Of a stretch of DNA of 64,000 bases, positions 19,803 to 28,608 are shown one piece after another; position 1 is the first letter of the stretch; every line of letters begins with the position of its first letter. Made by a program: the position numbers and the translations under genes. The notes under the pieces are model-generated. The model saw only the letters and a program-made list of their open reading frames with translations, searched no databases and was not told where the DNA came from. The DNA comes from an uncultured bacterium. GTDB lineage: Bacteria > Oederibacteriota > Oederibacteriia > Oederibacteriales > Oederibacteriaceae. The DNA lies in NCBI GenBank assembly GCA_965112635.1, contig OZ218778.1, positions 576,001-640,000 on the forward strand. Reading direction: 5' to 3'.

Positions 19803-20927
19803 TTACAAAGCTTTTTCCAGAATTGAACTTAATTCTTCCTTGCTCGCCTGGCGGGGGTTGTATTTCAAAGAACCCGAGTATTGGGTATCGGCCAAAAGCT
19901 GGGGAATATCCTCTTTTTTCACGCCTAGACACGCCAGTCCCCGTGGCATTTTAAGGTCTTGGAGCAATTTTTTGACCGCCTTGATGGCGTCCGCGCCTAT
20001 TTCTCCCACCCTCATCCTGTAAGCCATTTTGGCGTACTGGGCTTCAGCCACAGCTAGATTGAACTCCATGACCGCGGGCAAAAGAAGAGCGCAGACCAGG
20101 CCGTGGCTGATATGGTAACGCGCCCCTACGGGGTGGGCCAGGCCGTGCACGGTGCCCAGTCCTGAATTGGAAAAAGACATGCCTGCCACAAAACTGGCCA
20201 GGAGCATGGCGTCCCTGGCTTGTTCGTTTTCGCCGTGCTGGAACGCCTCCAGCAAGTTTTCCCCGGTCATTTTCAAGCTGGTCAAAGCCAGGGATTCAGT
20301 CAGGGGTGTGGCCGTATTGCATACGAGCGCTTCGCAGGCATGGGTCAAACAGTCCATTCCGCTCAGGGCCGTGAGTTCTGGCGGCATGCTCACAGTCAGG
20401 CTGGGGTCCAAAATGACCAGGTCGGCCATGAGATACGGGCTCCGCAGGCTGATCTTGATGCCTTTTTGCTTGTCGGATAGGACGCTGTTCTTGGTGGCTT
20501 CGCTGCCAGAACCGGCCGTGGTGGGTATGGCCACAAAAGGAACTCCCTTGGCTTTGATCTCCTGGTTATATAAAAACTCTCTTACCGAACCGGTTAACTT
20601 CATCAGCCCGGCAACGGATTTGGCTGTATCCAGGGCACTGCCTCCGCCCAGCCCGATCACAAAATCACATTTTTCTTTTTTACCTAGCTCAACGGCCTGG
20701 TCAACTGTCTCCAGTGACGGCTCCGGCTCCACTTCCGAAAAAAGCACGGGAACAATGCCCGCCTCATTTAAGGATTGGAGAAGTTTAGGGAGGAATCCCT
20801 GCTGGCTGGCCATGGTTTTTCCAGTGATGACCAGGGCTTTTCTTCCTAAAATCTTGGCATGGGAACCGGTTTCGCTGAGGCATCCCCAGCCGGATACGAC
20901 TTTGGTAGGAAAAAGATACTCGGTCAA
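19803..20927 (-). CDS. Iron-containing alcohol dehydrogenase
   Basis: GLGGGSALD, IPTTAGSGSE, DCLTHACE, VHGLAHP, HG. Confidence 0.93.
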   Translation of the reverse strand: MTEYLFPTKVVSGWGCLSETGSHAKILGRKALVITGKTMASQQGFLPKLLQSLNEAGIVPVLFSEVEPEPSLETVDQAVELGKKEKCDFVIGLGGGSALDTAKSVAGLMKLTGSVREFLYNQEIKAKGVPFVAIPTTAGSGSEATKNSVLSDKQKGIKISLRSPYLMADLVILDPSLTVSMPPELTALSGMDCLTHACEALVCNTATPLTESLALTSLKMTGENLLEAFQHGENEQARDAMLLASFVAGMSFSNSGLGTVHGLAHPVGARYHISHGLVCALLLPAVMEFNLAVAEAQYAKMAYRMRVGEIGADAIKAVKKLLQDLKMPRGLACLGVKKEDIPQLLADTQYSGSLKYNPRQASKEELSSILEKAL

Positions 20928-20944
20928 AAGAAGTACTCCTGTGG

Positions 20945-22462
20945 CTATTTCACTCCCGCCCAGTTACGCAGGAACTGGACCAAAAGCCTGACCCCAAAAC
21001 CTGTGCCGCCCTTGGGGATATAGGGCTTGGCCTTGTCGTCAAAGGCCGTGCCCGCGATGTCCAGGTGGGCCCAGGCATAACCCTCTGTAAAATGTTTCAG
21101 GAACATGGCGCCGGTGATGGTGCCGGCCCCGCGGGCCCCGACATTTTTGATGTCAGCCAGGTCGCTTTTGATGTTTTCCGCGTATTCTTCGTACATGGGC
21201 AGCGGCCAGGCGCGCTCACCGGTCTGTTCCGAGGCTTTTTTGACCTTGTCCATCAAAGCCTGGTCAGAGCCCAAAAGCCCGCAGGCTTCATGGCCCAGGG
21301 CCACGACACAGGCGCCGGTCAGGGTGGCCAGGTCGATCACGGCCTTGGGTTTGAAATGCTTGGCATAGCTCAGGGCGTCGGCCAGGATGACCCTTCCCTC
21401 GGCGTCCGTGTTGATGACCTCGATCGTTTTGCCGTTCAAAGCCATCACGATATCACCTGGCTTGGTGGCATGTCCGCTGGGCAGGTTTTCCGTGGCCGGA
21501 GCCAGGCCCACCACATGCAGGGGTAACTTGAGCTTGGCCACGGCTTGCAAAACGCCCAGGACCACTCCGGCGCCCGCCATATCGCCTTTCATTTCCTCCA
21601 TTTTTTCCGCGGGTTTGAGGGATATCCCGCCGCTGTCAAAAGTGATGCCTTTGCCCACGATCACAATGGTATCCCACTCCTTGTGGTTGGCCCCGTGTTC
21701 CAGAACGATGAACCGGGGCGGCTCGTCGCTGCCCTTGGCCACACTGAGAAGCCCGCCCATTTTTAATTTTTGGATCTCTTTGGGCTCCATGACCTTGCAG
21801 GCCAGGCCGTTCTTTTTGGCAACTTCCTTGGCCACGAGTCCCAATTTGGTGGGGGTCAGTTCGTTGCTGGGCGTGTTGACCAGGTCCCGGACCAGGTAAA
21901 CCGACTCGTTGGTGACCTGGGCCAGCTGCACGGCTTTTTGCGCTTTGGCCATTTTTTGGCCGTTGTTCTCCATAATGGTAATGGACTTGATCTCTTTGTC
22001 CTTGTCCTCTTTTTTGGTCTTGAAACGATCATATTCATAAAGGGCCAGGATGGAGCCCTCGGCCATGGCCAGGCACGCTTCCTGGATATCCGTACCCTCG
22101 TGGCCTCCGCCGAAGATCACCGTGGCGTACTCTTTGACCCCGAGCTCCCTGGCCTCGGTGGCGGCCCTGCCTGCGGCCTGCCTGACCTTTTCCATATTGT
22201 ATTCGTCCCACTTGCCCAGCCCGACCACTAAAACCTTTTCCGCCGCTAGCTTGCCGCCAGTCCTCAAGAGGGTGGTCTTTAAAAATTTTCCCGTAAACTC
22301 CCCGCTCTGGACGATCTTGCTCAAAACCCCCGAGAGGGCCTTGTCCACGGCTTCCGCGGCGCCCCGGGGGGCTTTCAAACCCTCAAAAAACCCCACCACA
22401 ATCATCTCGGTCTTTTCTTTAAGGATGTCGCCTTCTTTGACGTTCAGATTCGTTTTAACCAT
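20945..22462 (-). CDS. pepA: Leucyl aminopeptidase (M17)
   Basis: VGKGITFDSGG, MKGDMAG, NTDAEGR, ATLTGAC, AHLDIAG. Confidence 0.96.
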   Translation of the reverse strand: MVKTNLNVKEGDILKEKTEMIVVGFFEGLKAPRGAAEAVDKALSGVLSKIVQSGEFTGKFLKTTLLRTGGKLAAEKVLVVGLGKWDEYNMEKVRQAAGRAATEARELGVKEYATVIFGGGHEGTDIQEACLAMAEGSILALYEYDRFKTKKEDKDKEIKSITIMENNGQKMAKAQKAVQLAQVTNESVYLVRDLVNTPSNELTPTKLGLVAKEVAKKNGLACKVMEPKEIQKLKMGGLLSVAKGSDEPPRFIVLEHGANHKEWDTIVIVGKGITFDSGGISLKPAEKMEEMKGDMAGAGVVLGVLQAVAKLKLPLHVVGLAPATENLPSGHATKPGDIVMALNGKTIEVINTDAEGRVILADALSYAKHFKPKAVIDLATLTGACVVALGHEACGLLGSDQALMDKVKKASEQTGERAWPLPMYEEYAENIKSDLADIKNVGARGAGTITGAMFLKHFTEGYAWAHLDIAGTAFDDKAKPYIPKGGTGFGVRLLVQFLRNWAGVK

Positions 22463-22949
22463 GAAAATCCCCTTTCAGCTTTGTTTTGACGGCTTGTTCC
22501 ACGATCCTCGGCACAAAATGGCTGGCGTCCCCGCCCAGGGCAATGACTTCTTTGACCAGGTGAGAATTGAGATAGGTGTAATCCTCCGAGGGCGTCATAA
22601 AGACCACCTCGAACTTTTTGCTGAGTTTGCGGTTCAGGAGGGCCATCTGAAACTCATACTCAAAATCCGAAATGGCTCGCAGGCCTCTTAGGATGACCCG
22701 GGCGTTCCTTTGCGCGGCAAAATCCACCAAAAGCCCGGTAAAACTTTCCACTGTGACGTTCTTCATGCTCTTGGTGACCTGGCGGATCAAGGAAACCCTT
22801 TCCTCCAGGCTGAAGAGAGGTCTTTTGCCCTGATTTTCCGCGACCCCGATGATCAGGCGGTCAAAAACCCGCAGCCCTCTTTTGATGAGGTCCAAATGAC
22901 CGTAGGTGATGGGATCAAAACTTCCGGCGTAAATGGCTGTCCTTTTCAT
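22455..22949 (-). CDS. coaD: Phosphopantetheine adenylyltransferase
   Basis: YAGSFDPITYGHLD, RGLRAISDFEYE. Confidence 0.97.
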   Translation of the reverse strand: MKRTAIYAGSFDPITYGHLDLIKRGLRVFDRLIIGVAENQGKRPLFSLEERVSLIRQVTKSMKNVTVESFTGLLVDFAAQRNARVILRGLRAISDFEYEFQMALLNRKLSKKFEVVFMTPSEDYTYLNSHLVKEVIALGGDASHFVPRIVEQAVKTKLKGDFHG

Positions 22950-22991
22950 TCTTCCCCCTTAAAATCATAATGGCAACATTTTACCACAGGC

Positions 22992-23558
22992 TCACCCGTG
23001 TTTTTCAGGCTGATGTTTGAAGAGCGTGATGGAAACCTGGCCGTAGAGCTTGTGCCTGAACTGGACAAGTCCAGCCACCCTTTGGGGCAGCTCTTCTTTT
23101 ATATGGTGCTCCGCCACAATGACGGCTCCTTTGACCAGCAATTTAGCGTCAGCCAATTCCTGTAAACACTCCGGGACCAGGTTTTTGCCGTAAGGAGGGT
23201 CCAAAAACACGATATCAAACTTAGCCTTTTCCTGTTTGAGCTTGTGGATGGCGGATAAATGGGGCAAATTCCACACCTCAACCTCATCCCTGAGCCCCAA
23301 AGAGTCCAGGTTCTTCTGGATGACCTGGATGGAATCCCTGCTCTGGTCCACCAGGCAGGCAAAGCTCGCTCCCCGGCTTATGGCTTCGATGGCCATGTTG
23401 CCGGTGCCCGCGAAAAAATCTACCACCCGGGCACCTGGGATCTTCGGGGTCAGGATGGAAAAAAGCGATTCTTTGACCCTGTCCAGGGTGGGCCGGATGG
23501 ACTGGCCTTCGAGGCAATAAAGTTTTCGATGACGATATTTTCCAGCAATGATCCGCAC
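22992..23558 (-). CDS. rsmD: 16S rRNA m2G966 methyltransferase
   Basis: GTG start VRIIAG, RPTLDRVKESLF, DFFAGTG, EAISRG, DPPY. Confidence 0.95.
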   Translation of the reverse strand: MRIIAGKYRHRKLYCLEGQSIRPTLDRVKESLFSILTPKIPGARVVDFFAGTGNMAIEAISRGASFACLVDQSRDSIQVIQKNLDSLGLRDEVEVWNLPHLSAIHKLKQEKAKFDIVFLDPPYGKNLVPECLQELADAKLLVKGAVIVAEHHIKEELPQRVAGLVQFRHKLYGQVSITLFKHQPEKHG

Positions 23559-23582
23559 TGAATATCCCTTTCTTTGCCAATG

Positions 23583-23732
23583 GGTGCTACTTCGCATGCT
23601 CATAAAATTTCGGAGATGCGCATGCGAAGTGCACCTCCGCTCACTACGTTCGCTCCGGGCTGGTCTTGTCCCCGACTTGTTCTACCATAGTCCCCTTTGG
23701 GGACTTCTAAGGTAGGTCAGGGACAAGACCAG
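23583..23732. repeat. Intergenic double-hairpin (REP/MITE-like) element
   Basis: ACTTCGCATGC/GCATGCGAAGT (23589-99/23620-30); CTGGTCTTGTCCC/GGGACAAGACCAG (23660-72/23720-32) enclosing AGTCCCC-TTT-GGGGACT. Confidence 0.6.
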
Positions 23733-23734
23733 TG

Positions 23735-26131
23735 CTAGCTCAGGCTGGCCAGCTCAAACCTCTTGCCGTATTTGCTGACCAGGTTCTCTTTTAATACCTG
23801 GTTGGCGGCTTTGCTCAGGTCCGGGTCCGCCTCCACGATGGCTTGCGCCACGCTCCGGGCAGACTCCAAAAGCGCCACGTCCCTGGTCAGGTCCACCAGG
23901 GCCGAATCCAGGATGCCGTGCTGCCTGAGACCCGAAAGTTCGCCAGGCCCCCGCAGGGCCAGGTCGGTCTCGGCGATCTTGAACCCGTCGTTGGTGGCTT
24001 CCATGGCCCGCAACCGCTTGATGGCCTCGCCGGTCAGCGGCCATCCGGTCAGGAGGAAGCAATAAGAATCCTGCGCTCCCCTGCCCACCCGGCCCCTGAG
24101 CTGGTGGAGCTGGGCCAGGCCGAACCGCTCGGCGTTTTCAATAACTATAATAGAAGCGTTGGACACATCCAGCCCCACCTCGACCACCGTGGTGGCTACC
24201 AGGATGTCGATCCGGCGTGCGTGGAAGTCGTTCATCACGGCTGCTTTTTCCTGCGGTTTGAGCCTGCCGTGGATGAGCCCGACCCTGAGGTCGGAAAAAA
24301 CAAAGCGGGACAGCTGTTCCGCCATCTGCGTGGCCGCCTTGAGCTGGGGCCGGCTGTTCTCCTCCACCAGGGGGTACACGATATAGGCCTGCTCCCCGGC
24401 TTTGATTCTATCCCGGATGAACTGGTAAAGGGACGCTTTTTCGCTCTGGCGCAGCCATTTGGTCTTGATGGGTTTGCGGCCGGGCGGCAGTTCGTCGATG
24501 ACGGAAAGGTCCGTGTCGCCGTAAAGGGTCAGGACCATGGCCCTGGGAAAAGGCGTGGCGGTCATCATCAGGGCGTCCGGATAGACCCCCTTGGACTCCA
24601 GGACCGCGCGCTGCATGACCCCGAATTTATGCCGTTCATCCACGACCACCATGCCCAGCCTGGAAAAAACAACCCCTTCTTCCAGCAAGGCGTGGGTGCC
24701 GATGGCCAGCTGGCTCTCCCCGCTGGCCAGCCTGGCCAAAGCCTCCCGTTTAGCCTTGGCCCTGACCCCGCCGGTCAAAAGTTCCACTCTTACCTCCAGG
24801 GGCGAGAACAATCTCGAAAACGTTTCACTGTGCTGTTCGGCCAGGATCTCCGTGGGAGCCAGCAAAGCGCCCTGGAAACCGCTGTCGATGGTTTTCAAAA
24901 GGGACAGGGCTGCCACGATGGTCTTGCCCGAACCCACGTCTCCCTGCAGCAGACGGTTCATGGGTTTGGGCGATAGGAGGTCGCTATCGATCTCCTTGAT
25001 CACCTTTTGCTGGCTGGGGGTCAGGGAAAAAGGAAGGGTTCGGAGCAAAGCCTGGACACGGGTTCCGCTGGTCTGGTAGACCCTGTTCTTTTTGATCTTT
25101 TCCACATGCTTTTTCCTGACCGCCAGGGAGACCTGCAAAGCCAACAGCTCGTCAAAAGCCAGCCTCTTCCTCGCGCCCCACCATTCCGCCTTGCTGACCG
25201 CTGTATGGATCCTCAAAACCGCCTCGCTCAGCCCCAAAAGCCCCAACTGCCCGAGGCCAGCGCTGTCCAAAATTTCTTTTTCGGCCAGCAAGGCGTGATG
25301 CTGGCGTGCCAATTCCGGCATGGCCTTCCGCAAAAAGGCCTGGCTCAGCAGAGGCGTGGTGTGGTAAAGCGAAAGGCAGCGGCCCTGCTCCAAGATGGCC
25401 AGTTCTTCTTCGTCCAGGAACTCAAAGCTGTTGTTGGTGCCCACGACCTGCTTGCCCCAGGGGGTCTTTTCCACCTGGTCCCAGAGGAGTACTTTCCGGC
25501 CTGCTCTGAACTTTTCGTTCAGGTATGGCCGGTTGAACCAGACCCAGCTGATGATCTCGTTATCGATCTTCAGCAGGACCTTCAATATCCTTCTTTTACC
25601 TTTGACCATTTCTTCCGTGGCCATGACTTCGGCCAGCATAAAGGCCCGGTCGCCCGGGCTGGCCCGGCCAGCCAGGAGGTCCTGTTTTTCGATGACCCAT
25701 TTAGGGAAATAATAAAGAAGCTGGAAAAGATTATGAATCCTGAGGTGCTTGAAGGAAAGGCATTTTTGGGGGCCTATTTCGGGGATTTCGCTGACCTTTT
25801 GGCCCAGGTTGGCGGTTGGGGCTGGGTTGGTTTTTTTGGGTGGAGCTGCCGATTGGAGGTTCGCTTCTCTCAGCAGCAGGAGTTTACCCAGGAATTCTTT
25901 TACCTTTTTTTCCCTTTCTTGCAGTGAAAGGCTCTGATAATTTTTCAGAATGCCGGTGAAAGCTTCAAAACCCTGCCGGTTTTGCTGGTAATAATCCTGA
26001 CCTTTGACTTCTGTGAGCCACAGGTTTTGGTATGACTCCAGCCCGCCCTGGACGGCCTTATCCTGGCAGCCGCCCTTGACCTCAAGTTTCAAAGGCTTTT
26101 CTATCTTTAGGATCCATTCTTCCAAATTCAA
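23735..26131 (-). CDS. recG: ATP-dependent DNA helicase RecG
   Basis: RLLQGDVGSGKT, APTEILAEQH, MTATP, AERFGLAQLHQLRGRVGRG, DGFKIAETDLALRGPG. Confidence 0.96.
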   Translation of the reverse strand: MNLEEWILKIEKPLKLEVKGGCQDKAVQGGLESYQNLWLTEVKGQDYYQQNRQGFEAFTGILKNYQSLSLQEREKKVKEFLGKLLLLREANLQSAAPPKKTNPAPTANLGQKVSEIPEIGPQKCLSFKHLRIHNLFQLLYYFPKWVIEKQDLLAGRASPGDRAFMLAEVMATEEMVKGKRRILKVLLKIDNEIISWVWFNRPYLNEKFRAGRKVLLWDQVEKTPWGKQVVGTNNSFEFLDEEELAILEQGRCLSLYHTTPLLSQAFLRKAMPELARQHHALLAEKEILDSAGLGQLGLLGLSEAVLRIHTAVSKAEWWGARKRLAFDELLALQVSLAVRKKHVEKIKKNRVYQTSGTRVQALLRTLPFSLTPSQQKVIKEIDSDLLSPKPMNRLLQGDVGSGKTIVAALSLLKTIDSGFQGALLAPTEILAEQHSETFSRLFSPLEVRVELLTGGVRAKAKREALARLASGESQLAIGTHALLEEGVVFSRLGMVVVDERHKFGVMQRAVLESKGVYPDALMMTATPFPRAMVLTLYGDTDLSVIDELPPGRKPIKTKWLRQSEKASLYQFIRDRIKAGEQAYIVYPLVEENSRPQLKAATQMAEQLSRFVFSDLRVGLIHGRLKPQEKAAVMNDFHARRIDILVATTVVEVGLDVSNASIIVIENAERFGLAQLHQLRGRVGRGAQDSYCFLLTGWPLTGEAIKRLRAMEATNDGFKIAETDLALRGPGELSGLRQHGILDSALVDLTRDVALLESARSVAQAIVEADPDLSKAANQVLKENLVSKYGKRFELASLS

Positions 26132-26278
26132 TAGGGGCTCCTTAAGAACCTCAAAAAAATCTTGTCGTCCTTGTCCGGATATGGTACTTTAATCCTTCCA
26201 AACTAAGATTTTCCGGCATCCCCAACATTTTATAGGAAGTTCCGGCTGGATAAAAGGATTTACAAAGGAGCAACTAGG

Positions 26279-26503
26279 ATGAAAAGGGTCAAAAAAGTAA
26301 CGGGTTCCGTGAGGACTACAACTTGTTTTTACTGCGGTAAAAGCACCCAAGTGGGCAGGCAAGTCAGCCATTCCAAAAGAAGGACCCACAAGACCTGGCA
26401 CGCCAACTTACACCAGGCTCATGTGCTCATCGACAATGTCCGCCGCCACGTCCTGGCCTGTACGCGCTGCCTGCGCTCCGGAGTGGTCAAAAAGGTAGTC
26501 TAA
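26279..26503 (+). CDS. rpmB: 50S ribosomal protein bL28 (Zn-ribbon form)
   Basis: CFYCGK, VSHS..RT..W.ANL, CTRCLRSG; divergent from recG. Confidence 0.92.
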   Translation: MKRVKKVTGSVRTTTCFYCGKSTQVGRQVSHSKRRTHKTWHANLHQAHVLIDNVRRHVLACTRCLRSGVVKKVV

Positions 26504-26529
26504 ACTTCCACCTGATTCTCCCGAAGAAG

Positions 26530-27558
26530 TTACCTGACTACGATCTTCCTTAGGAAATCTCCAGGCTGGTCCAGCATCCTTCCGCAACCCATCACCACGC
26601 AATTCATGGGGTCTTCGGAGAGATTGACCGGTACCTGGGTCTCGTCCCTGAGCCGGTCCTCCATGCCTTTGAGCAAAGAAGAACCTCCCGCGAGGACGAT
26701 GCCCCTGTCCACGATGTCCGCGATCAACTCTGGCGGCGTCTTTTCTAGGACTTGTTTGATGGCGTCGATGATCACCAGTAAGGGTTCTTCCAGGGCTCCC
26801 CGGATCTCTTCGGAGGTTATCTCGATGGTCCGAGGCAAACCCGTCACCAGGTCCAGCCCCTTGACCATGGTCTTGAGCTCTTCCTTAAGGGGAAAAGCCG
26901 AGCCGACCTTGAACTTGACGATCTCGGCGCTGGGTTCTCCGATCAGGACATTGTAGGTCTTTTTGATGTAGTTCACGATGGCTTCGTCCAGCTTGTTGCC
27001 GCCGACCCTGACCGATTTGGAATAAACCATGCCGCTCAGGGAGATCACGGCCACTTCGGTCGTCCCTCCCCCGATATCCACGATCATGTTCCCGGACGGC
27101 TCCTCGATGGGCAGATTGGCGCCGATGGCCGCGGCCATGGGCTCTTCCACGAGAAAGACCTCCCTGGCGCCGGCCTGCTCGGCTGAATCCCTCACCGCCC
27201 TTTTTTCTACTTCAGTGCCTCCGGAAGGGATGGCGATGATGATCCGCGGCCGGATCATCCTATGGCGGTTATGGACCTTGGTCAGAAAAAAACGCAGCAT
27301 CCGTTCCGTCACCTCAAAGTCAGCGATAACGCCGTCCTGCATGGGCCGGATGGCCGCGATATTGATCGGGGTGCGGCCCAGCATGGCCTTGGCTTCCTTG
27401 CCTACCGCCAAAACCTCGCCGGTGTCTTTTTGGACCGCCACGATGGACGGTTCGGTCAGGACAATACCCTGGCCTTTGACATAGACCACGGTGTTGGCCG
27501 TCCCCAGGTCGATAGCCATATCCTTGGAAAACATGCCGATCATTGCATCATAGATCAC
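26530..27558 (-). CDS. mreB: Rod shape-determining actin MreB
   Basis: [44 protein letters not shown]. Confidence 0.97.
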   Translation of the reverse strand: MIYDAMIGMFSKDMAIDLGTANTVVYVKGQGIVLTEPSIVAVQKDTGEVLAVGKEAKAMLGRTPINIAAIRPMQDGVIADFEVTERMLRFFLTKVHNRHRMIRPRIIIAIPSGGTEVEKRAVRDSAEQAGAREVFLVEEPMAAAIGANLPIEEPSGNMIVDIGGGTTEVAVISLSGMVYSKSVRVGGNKLDEAIVNYIKKTYNVLIGEPSAEIVKFKVGSAFPLKEELKTMVKGLDLVTGLPRTIEITSEEIRGALEEPLLVIIDAIKQVLEKTPPELIADIVDRGIVLAGGSSLLKGMEDRLRDETQVPVNLSEDPMNCVVMGCGRMLDQPGDFLRKIVVR

Positions 27559-27592
27559 GCTGAACTCCTTTCTTGCTGTCTGGATATTTTTT

Positions 27593-27671
27593 TGGCGGGG
27601 TCGACGAGATTCGAACTCGCGATCTCCTGCGTGACAGGCAGGCGTGTTAGGCCAGGCTACACCACGACCCC
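27593..27671 (-). tRNA. tRNA-Asp(GTC)
   Basis: Reverse complement folds as a cloverleaf GGGGTCG...CCTGC-CTGTCAC-GCAGG...TTCGAAT...CGACCCC-GCCA. Confidence 0.96.
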
Positions 27672-27686
27672 AATTAATTATTTACA

Positions 27687-27866
27687 GTGGGTCCCCCACA
27701 GGCAAACGCTCCTCGCCTTCGGCGACCCCGTGGCTCCCACAAAACATTCAGCCAGCTGCGCTGGCTGACCAAAGGAGTATCCTCCTTTGGAATCCTCTCG
27801 GAGAGGAATAGTTTATAGAATCCGCGTTTTTCCAACCACGGGCAGAACCCGTGGTCTTCAAAACGC
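27687..27866. repeat. Cluster of five or more hairpins in the tRNA spacer (REP-like)
   Basis: TCGCC-TTC-GGCGA; TCAGCCAGC-TGC-GCTGGCTGA; CCAAAGGAG-TATC-CTCCTTTGG; TCCTCT-CGG-AGAGGA; ACCACGGG-CAGAA-CCCGTGGT flanked by GCGTTTT/AAAACGC. Confidence 0.65.
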
Positions 27867-27953
27867 TAATCCGATAAATCCTGCTGCTGCTTCGAAACCC
27901 TTAAATGATAAAACTAAAACCTGCATTCCGCAATCCGAAATCCACGGAAGAAA

Positions 27954-28030
27954 TGGTGGGCGAAACCCGGATCGAACGGGTGACCTCCTGCTTGTAAGGC
28001 AGGCGCTCTAACCAGCTGAGCTATCCGCCC
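27954..28030 (-). tRNA. tRNA-Val(TAC)
   Basis: GGGCGGATAGCTCAGCTGGTTAGAGCGCCTGCCTTACAAGCAGG...GTTCGATCC...TTCGCCCACCA. Confidence 0.96.
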
Positions 28031-28075
28031 TCCAACTCCCAAATAAACAATCCCCTCCAATGCTTTTGGTGCGTC

Positions 28076-28492
28076 CTACCCAACCACCTGCAGGATGATC
28101 TCGCGGCTCCTGGGCCGGACGTCAAAATCAACGAAAATGATCTGCTGATAGGTCCCCAACAACAATTCCCCATGGACCAAAGGCACGCTCAAGGAGGGTC
28201 CCAGCAGGGACGCCCGGACATGGGAGTGCCCGTTGCCGTCGTCATAAGCCAAATGGTGGGCGTAATCGATGGACCGGGGCACCAGCCTCTCCCAAGCCTC
28301 CTGCAGGTCTTTGACCAGCCCCGGTTCAAATTCCAGGGTGGTCAATCCGCCGGTAGCGCCGGGCACAAAGATCGTGACTAGGCCGTCCTTGATCTTGGCT
28401 TTGGCCAGATTTTGCGCCACCTGAGGCGTTATGTCTATGACCTGCGTGTTTCCTTTTGTTTTAAATGCAAACTTGATCGTTTCTGCGCTCAT
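28076..28492 (-). CDS. yjbQ: YjbQ/UPF0047 family protein
   Basis: IDITP, GATGGLTTLEFEP, NGHSHVRASLLG, LGTYQQI.FVDFD. Confidence 0.9.
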   Translation of the reverse strand: MSAETIKFAFKTKGNTQVIDITPQVAQNLAKAKIKDGLVTIFVPGATGGLTTLEFEPGLVKDLQEAWERLVPRSIDYAHHLAYDDGNGHSHVRASLLGPSLSVPLVHGELLLGTYQQIIFVDFDVRPRSREIILQVVG

Positions 28493-28608
28493 GATCTCCT
28501 AACCGTACTTTTAAAACCCACGATTTAAAAAATAGGTGAAAGTCCCTTTTAGGAATAGGGAGAGATTATATCATAACCAGGGCAAGGTGTTGAACTGCAG
28601 GCGGGCCA

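Noticed and set aside
23843-25927. Long plus-strand ORFs (377 and 306 aa), and similar antisense ORFs at 5191-6081, 10553-11356, 15039-15932 and 40343-41413
   Set aside because: Shadow frames of well-supported genes in GC-rich coding DNA; no recognisable motifs.
27687-27866. CRISPR array
   Set aside because: The hairpins differ in sequence and there is no repeat-spacer periodicity or cas gene.
27924-27944. Heptamer repeat CATTCCG-CAATCCG-AAATCCA
   Set aside because: Only three degenerate units; too short to interpret.
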